Source: Pavona decussata (lineage: Eukaryota). Taken from it: DNA of 64,000 nt. The stretch spans positions 1,736,001 to 1,800,000 of the forward strand of contig CDRNST010000122.1 of the NCBI GenBank assembly GCA_977016875.1, written 5' to 3'. Under the pieces are notes generated by a model. The model was not told where the DNA came from and ran no database searches. It saw only the letters and a list, made by a program, of their open reading frames with translations. Position 1 is the stretch's first letter, and every line of letters starts with the position of its first letter. Below, piece by piece: positions 57,266 to 64,000 of this stretch. The position numbers and the translations under genes are program-made.

Positions 57266-60200
57266 ATGTTGGCCGTATTACTTGGCCTTGGTTGCATCGT
57301 TTTCTATCTTTTGTCTAATGAAGCACAAAATAGGGTAAACTTAGCAAATGGGATTAGTAATTCCAAGGATCCGTCAAAATTTTCTTCCTCATAAAATACT
57401 CGATGTTTAAGCTTAGGTTGCCGCGTTTGATTGGCCCTATTCCGAAATGAGAATACATACAATGGCGACGTAAGAGGTTTTTGGAGTTGCTAAAGTACAA
57501 AATAGCTCTTAAATCCTCGTGTATCAGTGAAATTTTGCAGAAATGTCTTCCCAAATTTACTTTAAAAGAGAAATCTAACAGCTATTCCGCTTATTCTTAT
57601 TCCGGAATACGGTCAATCGAACGCAACTTGATTTCGTTGGTCGCAATAGAACAGAATGAGATGCCGGTCTCATACTAAAGGCTGTACATATGAAAAGGAT
57701 AAGGGTTCGTGGTTATGAAAATACCCCCAAAAAATGCTTTACTAAACCAGTAAAATTAACCCTCAGATCTTACTCCGCAAGTTATCTCGATTGTCCCTCT
57801 TCAGTGATACGAGTTATTACGCTGTAATATTAACATCACTGGTTGATTTGTTTCTAGGAAGGCGGGTGTGCTTTAAGGAGCAGTCTGATAACGGCAAATG
57901 TTTATCCCCAATCAGAGAAAGCCTTATTGAGAGACCTTCCCAGTTCATTTCCGGGGATTGCTGTTTGTTTTCAAACGCAATGTACTACGCCGACACTAAC
58001 ACTTCGGAAGCCCAAATACGATTTTTTGGAGTTCAATGCTCGCTGTGCACGAAAAATCAAACTGGTAAGCTTTAACGACGACATAGGCTCATACCCTTAC
58101 TCTAACCAATCATAGTAACCATTTTGTAGTCCAACCTGTAACTCAGATGCAAAGTTTAACTTCCATGCACTCCCCTGCACTTGCGACCGTTTGCATGTTT
58201 TCCTTGCGTTGCAATTTCTATTTTGCACCCATTGCTTGTTTGCCTGCCCCTGAACCGATTGCCTTTTATGCACTTGCATCGGTTGCATGTTTTCCCGCGC
58301 TTGCACTGGATGCGTGTTTTCTTATGCCTGCACCAATTGCATGTTTCCTTGTGCTTGCACCAGTTGTATGTTCAACCGCACTAGGTACTTGTTTTCCCTT
58401 ACTCGGTACAAGTTAGTTTTTTCCCCTGCTTTAAACCGGTTTCATTGTATTCAGCGCTAGCTGTTTGTATCAGCGCATGTTCTCATGAAGCTTGGTCCAG
58501 CGCTTTGTGCCGGTCGCATGTTTTCCCGCGCTTGGTACCCGTTACATGTTTTCCCGCGCTTGATACCAGCTGCACGTTTTTCTGCGTCTGTTTTCCCGGG
58601 TTCTCCATGAGTTTCTTAGTTTAGGACGCTAATAAGATTCAAAAGGAGTGGTTTGGCCCAGTGGCTTTTGGTTTCCGAACTGAAGGATGTGTTGGGTGTC
58701 TGAATCAAACACTCTCGAAGAAATCGCTTAAACCGAAGTTAATATTATTGCTTTCTTTGTTTTTTAAGCTTATAGCATGAACCCGTGCGAGGGGAAAGTT
58801 TGCCCCAGGGGAAAGGTGTGCAGGGACAAGGGCAATGGTAGGACCAAATGCGTCTGTCATGGTTGCCATGGCGATCGAGCGTACCAACCAGTGTGTGGCA
58901 CAAATGGCGAGACATACGACAATGAATGTGCTCTCAAGAGGAAGGCATGTCGGGAAGGCAGGCCAAACGTTGAAGTGGCGTATGAAGGAAGATGTCGAAG
59001 TAAGTGAGCAATCGATGCATTTGTGTTGGAACTTTGGGGTGGGATAGCTTTTTTCTACTGCTTGTTGAACGTCAGTTTGTTCCCTAGCCCTTCAAAGTGT
59101 GAACGTGGTTTCTTCAGCTCGTCATTTAGGTGATTTGGGTACATAACTTTTCCCGTGTTTTGTACCAATTGTGCACTCAATTTAATGCCATTTCTGGTTG
59201 GCTAACAAGTACTCTGTTATGGTTACCAGAACTGACGCACTTAGCGAATAGGAAACGTCTCCTTACCCAACCTTATGATCATGTAAGGAAAAGCTTCTCG
59301 TAAGCATTCCAACTCATATTGTGTGCTTTCTTCCAGCCGGGTGCGCTGACGTGGTTTGTCGTAGAAACCGCACGTGTATGATTGATCAATACCAGAAGGC
59401 ATACTGTGTGGCGTGTGTGGACTGTTCTAAATATGCGAGGAAAGGTGGCCCTGTGTGTGGAGCAGACGGTTTACAGTATGACAGCAGCTGTCACCTCAGA
59501 ATGGAAACATGCAGACAGGGGAAAACCATTGGCGAGGCGTATAATGGCAAATGTATTGGTAAGTAGAAAGTCACTTGGTCACTTGGTGAGACCGTAACCA
59601 GTGTTGTCACGCAACACTTGTCACCCGTCGGTAGCCTTTGTTGGCGTCGTAACGCAACGCTTCCCGGTATTGACGGTCCAAAACCCGCCTCAACTGAGTT
59701 GGTTGAGGCTTCGTCTACAATGATACGGTTTTCTAAGCGCCCCGGTCCGTTTTCCGAGACCCATCGAAAAGCTTCGCGCCCACAGTAGCGTTTTCCTCTG
59801 TCCACAGTAAAACGCTCGAATACGCTGAAACCGCTACGACGCCTACGAGAGATGCTACAACAGCCATCAGCGCATACGACAAATAGACGCGCTCACGCCT
59901 GAGGTTGTGAAATTTCCTGCGTCAGCGTTTTCAAAACGCTCCATTTTTGCTGTCCATACCGATATATACGATACGGCTCTGTTTTCAAACGTGTTCCCTC
60001 TGAAAAGCGTTTTCGAATGTGCGTGCCAGTTTTCCCATGCTTTTCTTGTAAAAGTTCTGGGGGGAAGTTATTAAAATATCAAGAAAATTCACGTAGGGTA
60101 ATCATATCCTTAATTCTCATGACCTCAAGGCTTGAAAAAGCATTGATATTACAAAGAGAAAGTTGATGTTGATCACCATTAGGGCTTATGGGGTTAATGA

Positions 60201-61965
60201 AGCTTCAATAGTATCTGTAAAAGAAAAAGCTTTCACTCTTGTCAGTATTCTAGATTAAAGGGGAAGTATCACGGGAATCTGGTGTTGTATGAAAAGCTTC
60301 AAAATGTTTTTATTTAATCAACAGAAATCTAAAAGTATTGCTCAAATTTGTTGTAAATTATCACCCCAGTGTACTAAGACTATCCATGAGTGTCTCTGGC
60401 CACAGATGGACTGGGTTAGAATGGACTGCAACTTGAAAAACGTTAGGGAAACTGTTTTCAAGTTCTCGCGTTTTCGTTCCCAAAATGCACTAGAGCAGGT
60501 CATGACTCGTTCTTTTTAAGAATTCAGTTGATGTCTTTTTCTTGATGTTCTAGAATTATTTTGTAACTAAGAGAAGGCGTTGTCGCACCATTTTCACGAT
60601 AAAAAGGTCAAAATCCCAGTTCCCCTTTAACACTGGACAAAGCTTTGGGAACGTAAACCCAGAGCCGCGGCGCCAGGGATCAGACCTAATCGCACTCTTC
60701 ATATATATGGTCACACTTTACCGACCTTTCTTTGCGTGGATTAGGCACGTGAAACGTTCAAGCAATGAAAAACTTTCTGAATCCAATCTTAATGTTTGAG
60801 ACTGATAGTATTGATTCTTTTTCCATTAGCAAATGCAACATGCGACATTATCACATGCGACATGACGAGTGACTCTTTCTTCGACCCCTCGGTGAGGCTG
60901 ATTAAAAAGAAATGTGTGCAGGATGACGCTGGGAGACCGCGCTGTGTCACGTGCTCATGTGAAGGATCGGACGCGTTAAGTAAGAATTCTTGGTCCACGA
61001 TAGTCTGTGGCAGCGACAACAAGACTTACGTGGACTACTGCAGTTTAAAAACTCAAATGTGTACGACAAAGAGGTTTATTGATGTCAGACACCCCGGTCC
61101 TTGCAAAGGTACATAAAAAATTAAAATTCTTAGAGCCTGTCGAAGAGATAATGCAGCTTCTCTTTGGTTGATTTGGTTATTTTTAGCGACCATTCTTTAG
61201 CTTAATTTTTACTCTTCTTATATGAATCATTGCAGCATTGTAACTTTTAGATTTACTATTGTCTTGACGTATAACCTTGTAAATTAATTATTATTGTCAC
61301 TGAAAAGCCCTTTTCTGGGAGTTTCGTTAAAGTACTATACGTTTCGGCGCACACGAACGACTCAAAAATGCCACCATCACCAGCATCCTCTTCAGTTTTC
61401 TCGTCACTTCGCTTCCAAAACTTTGCCCCCTCGAGAACAATCTGCCGCCAGCTACACATTCCATCGTGAAGCTCACTGCCTAAACATTTTCATTAGAAAG
61501 CGCGACTTCCACACCATACCTTCCATGTTGCTTTGAGCTTCCTCAACCTTGACGTTCTGTAAGCAGACCACATCTCACAGACCACGTACTTGTATTTCTA
61601 TTGTATGTTATTGAAAAGGCTTCCTTCAGTTGCCCACAAGTATACACAGGTGATATTTTGTGCTGTTTTCCTTAAAAGAGCATAATCGCCTAATACGAAC
61701 TTTTGATTTTTCAGGTGACGTCCTCCTAGTGCCACAAGACGAACAAACGCCATCTCAGGGTGGCTCCAAGCCCTGCGACCAAGAAGACGTGACCATGTAC
61801 TACGTCACGATGAAACAGTTTGTGGGTATTTTGAAGAACGATTTTGGGATCGAAGTGACACCACCACCAAAACATAAAAGGCGTAAGTTTAGGGATAAAA
61901 TCGTGTTAGTAAAGACATTGATAAAATCCCTGTCAAAGAAGTGGATTAAGATAAGCCAACAGTAA
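57266..61965 (+). CDS. FST: Follistatin (N-terminal domain, 3 FS [FOLN+Kazal] domains, basic tail); 5' exon uncertain
   Basis: Phase-1 exons 57858-58064, 58769-58999, 59337-59558, 60830-61108, 61715-61965 join in frame; cysteine pattern and FS2 motifs CMIDQYQKAYCVAC and YDSSCHLRMETCRQGKTIGEAYNGKCI match follistatin; hydrophobic ATG-initiated segment at 57266 is a candidate signal peptide. Confidence 0.9.
57858..58064 (+). CDS. FST: Follistatin N-terminal (TB-like) domain exon
   Basis: VCFKEQSDNGKC...DCC...QCSLC, the six-cysteine pattern of the follistatin N-domain. Confidence 0.85.
58150..58590. repeat. Diverged about 30-nt minisatellite
   Basis: Recurrent (TT)GCATGTTTTCCCGCGCTTG(CACC). Confidence 0.85.
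58769..58999 (+). CDS. FST: Follistatin FS1 exon
   Basis: PCEGKVCPRGKVC...KCVC..C..PVCGTNGETYDNECAL..AC..VAYEGRC. Confidence 0.95.
59337..59558 (+). CDS. FST: Follistatin FS2 exon
   Basis: CADVVCRRNRTCMIDQ...PVCGADGLQYDSSCHLR...AYNGKCI. Confidence 0.95.
60259..60626. mobile_element. Kolobok-like non-autonomous element
   Basis: TTAA-AGGGGAA ... TTCCCCT-TTAA. Confidence 0.65.
60830..61108 (+). CDS. FST: Follistatin FS3 exon
   Basis: ATCDIITC...KKCVQDDAGRPRCVTC...VCGSDNKTYVDYC...HPGPC. Confidence 0.93.
61715..61965 (+). CDS. FST: Follistatin terminal exon (basic tail)
   Basis: TTTTTCAG acceptor, phase 1, open to TAA at 61963-61965. Confidence 0.75.
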
Positions 61966-62994
61966 AGACGGATTTTATTGTGAACATGAGGTTTGGAAAA
62001 TTCTACCTGCTTTGTCCAGATGAAGTGCAACTTTGTGTTCAAGTGAATGTAACTGGCTTTTTGCCAATATATAGTAAATACTAATTTTTGATGTAAGCTG
62101 TTCTGAATTGAAACGATATGTGGATACCGCTGGATACGGTACCGACTGCTCAGTACTGATCGGTATTGATAGTCAGTTCTTGTGTGGCCTTTTCAGAGAA
62201 AGCAAGCAGCTCAGTTTACCAGGTGTAAGCAGAGGTTTCTACGTCAGTCCTGTTTAAAAGCTCAATTTCTGCCTCCTCCTCCGGGGGAGTGTGGGGGAGG
62301 GGACGGGGGGGGGGGGGGGGAGGAGCGCGGACACATTTACGAACAGCAGTGCCCGTCGTCGAGCAACCTCTGCTTTCAGGTTGGCTAAGTTTTAATGTGA
62401 CGTATCTTAAAGACTGAAGGTTTGCTGCCACTCACTAGAACGTATAGTTTATAGCTTGTTACAGCGCGTATTCTGCTATATATAGTTAAAGGGAAACTGT
62501 CATGATCGGCGCGTGCGCGAGTTTTAATCCAAATTTTTATTCCGCATTTAATTGCACATTTTCAGTTTCATAATGACGTTTATACCAAACACACTGAAAT
62601 GAAAATGAAATTTCGGAATCATTGTGTAAAGAGGATTTCCGTCGAGTAAGTTTAGATCTTTATTTTTCATTCAGAAAAGTTGACCCCTGAAGATACCAAA
62701 AAGGGAAAAAAACAAGAACAGTTTGTTTTTTTCGCTAGCCCAGGCTTTGTGCCACAAATTTTGTCCAAATTGTGCGATCGTTAGACAAGAAACTTTACTC
62801 CACATATCTCTCTACGAAGTTGCGTAAATGGGTAGTCAATTCTATCCTAGGGGTGGGGGGATGGGGAAAATAGTCATATAGACATCAAGTGAAACTGAAT
62901 CTTGACGTTAGAGCAAACCATCATTTGTTTTCAACACTGTTGCTTTCAGCCTCTCAGTTCGCGCTCATTTCAAGTATTTTCCAGGAAAATAAAT

Positions 62995-63225
62995 TTTACA
63001 ATAACTGTCAAAATTCTCGCGCACTGATTGGCTCTAAGCTGTTGTCTATAAGATACTAGACAATAAAAATGACGTCAGATGTAACGCGCGCGCTTTCTAA
63101 ACGGAGAATAAAACCAATTCCGCTCGTATTTTTCCATGTTATTGTAAAAAAAAACAAATCGACGGCAGTTTTCTATGGTCTATACTCTCATAGCCCATAG
63201 AAAACTGCCGTCGATTTGTTAAATA
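62995..63225. mobile_element. Palindrome-ended interspersed repeat
   Basis: AACAAATCGACGGCAGTTTTCTATGG ... CCATAGAAAACTGCCGTCGATTTGTT. Confidence 0.65.
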
Positions 63226-64000
63226 CATTAAACCACCTTTACAAGCTGCCAACTCTCGGTTAGAGTAGATATAGTTCTGAACATAGGTAATTAAAGGCTA
63301 TGGTTATGAAACCTGACAAACTTCTTCGTTGTATGTTTTTGTCATGCCTTTTTGGCCTTGACCTTGCACAAATAACAATAGAATTTGGAATGCGTTGGAG
63401 CAATTGACCAATCCAAACGTTTTTGTTAAGATATTCAACTGTGGTGTGAACGTTAAAACAAAGTATTGTGCAGGGTCGCGGCCCTTCCAACATAAATTGC
63501 GGCACCATTGTTTTCATGGCAAGGTTTCCTAACCAGTCCCTTAATTAATTATGTTCTGAGCTTAATATGTAAACAGCGAGTTTGGCGAGTATAATTTTAT
63601 TCAGTTTATTTGCATACCGCATGACACTGTGAGCCATTGTTTAATAAGCTTATATGATATTCTGCAATTTTTGATCATGCGCCTTGTTTACTCAAGCGAT
63701 TTTTTTGCGATTTTAGAAGCCACTTTTGCGGAGATTTTTAAGGACGACTTCAAATTCTCTGTATCAAGTATTAGCAACTGAATTTCGTGTGATTGTGATG
63801 ATCGAAGAGCATGTACTTTACCCTGCGATAAAAGTCGCCTGGTCGCAGGGGGGTGGGAGGAGTGGGTGATTTTGGTTATGACCCAAGAACTTGTCAACCC
63901 CACCCTCCTCGGAGGCTCATATTTTTCTCACCGTATGCGCTATGTCACTTATAAGAATCTCCCAAATCACTGCTAATCGCTGTGAAATCGCACAGGAGAT

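Noticed and set aside
57927-58115. Second open frame over the follistatin N-domain exon
   Set aside because: Lacks the follistatin cysteine pattern and would exit in phase 0, incompatible with the FS1 acceptor at 58769.

Overview
Eukaryotic, intron-rich animal DNA, most likely an anthozoan (stony coral); this is inferred from the gene types and repeat landscape. Two protein-coding genes can be rebuilt by hand on the + strand. (1) A complete four-domain voltage-gated Nav2-type channel alpha subunit: 25 coding exons, 1286..31606, about 1824 aa, DEEA selectivity filter, IFL inactivation-like motif, IQ motif. It contains two minor-spliceosome (U12) introns, one GT-AG and one AT-AC, and a candidate duplicated or poison exon at the domain III S3-S4 position. 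(2) A follistatin gene with an N-terminal domain, three FS domains and an unusual basic C-terminal tail; clear exons 57858..61965, 5' end unresolved. About 25 kb with no recognisable gene separates them. Mobile DNA includes an inverted and deleted CR1/L2-type LINE with twin-priming geometry inserted at a splice donor, a TTAA-bounded composite-like element with two identical 408-bp TIR-bearing direct repeats, a Penelope-like fragment with a hammerhead ribozyme motif, many MITEs and several tandem repeats. No CRISPR, tRNA or rRNA was found. All calls are manual, with no database search.
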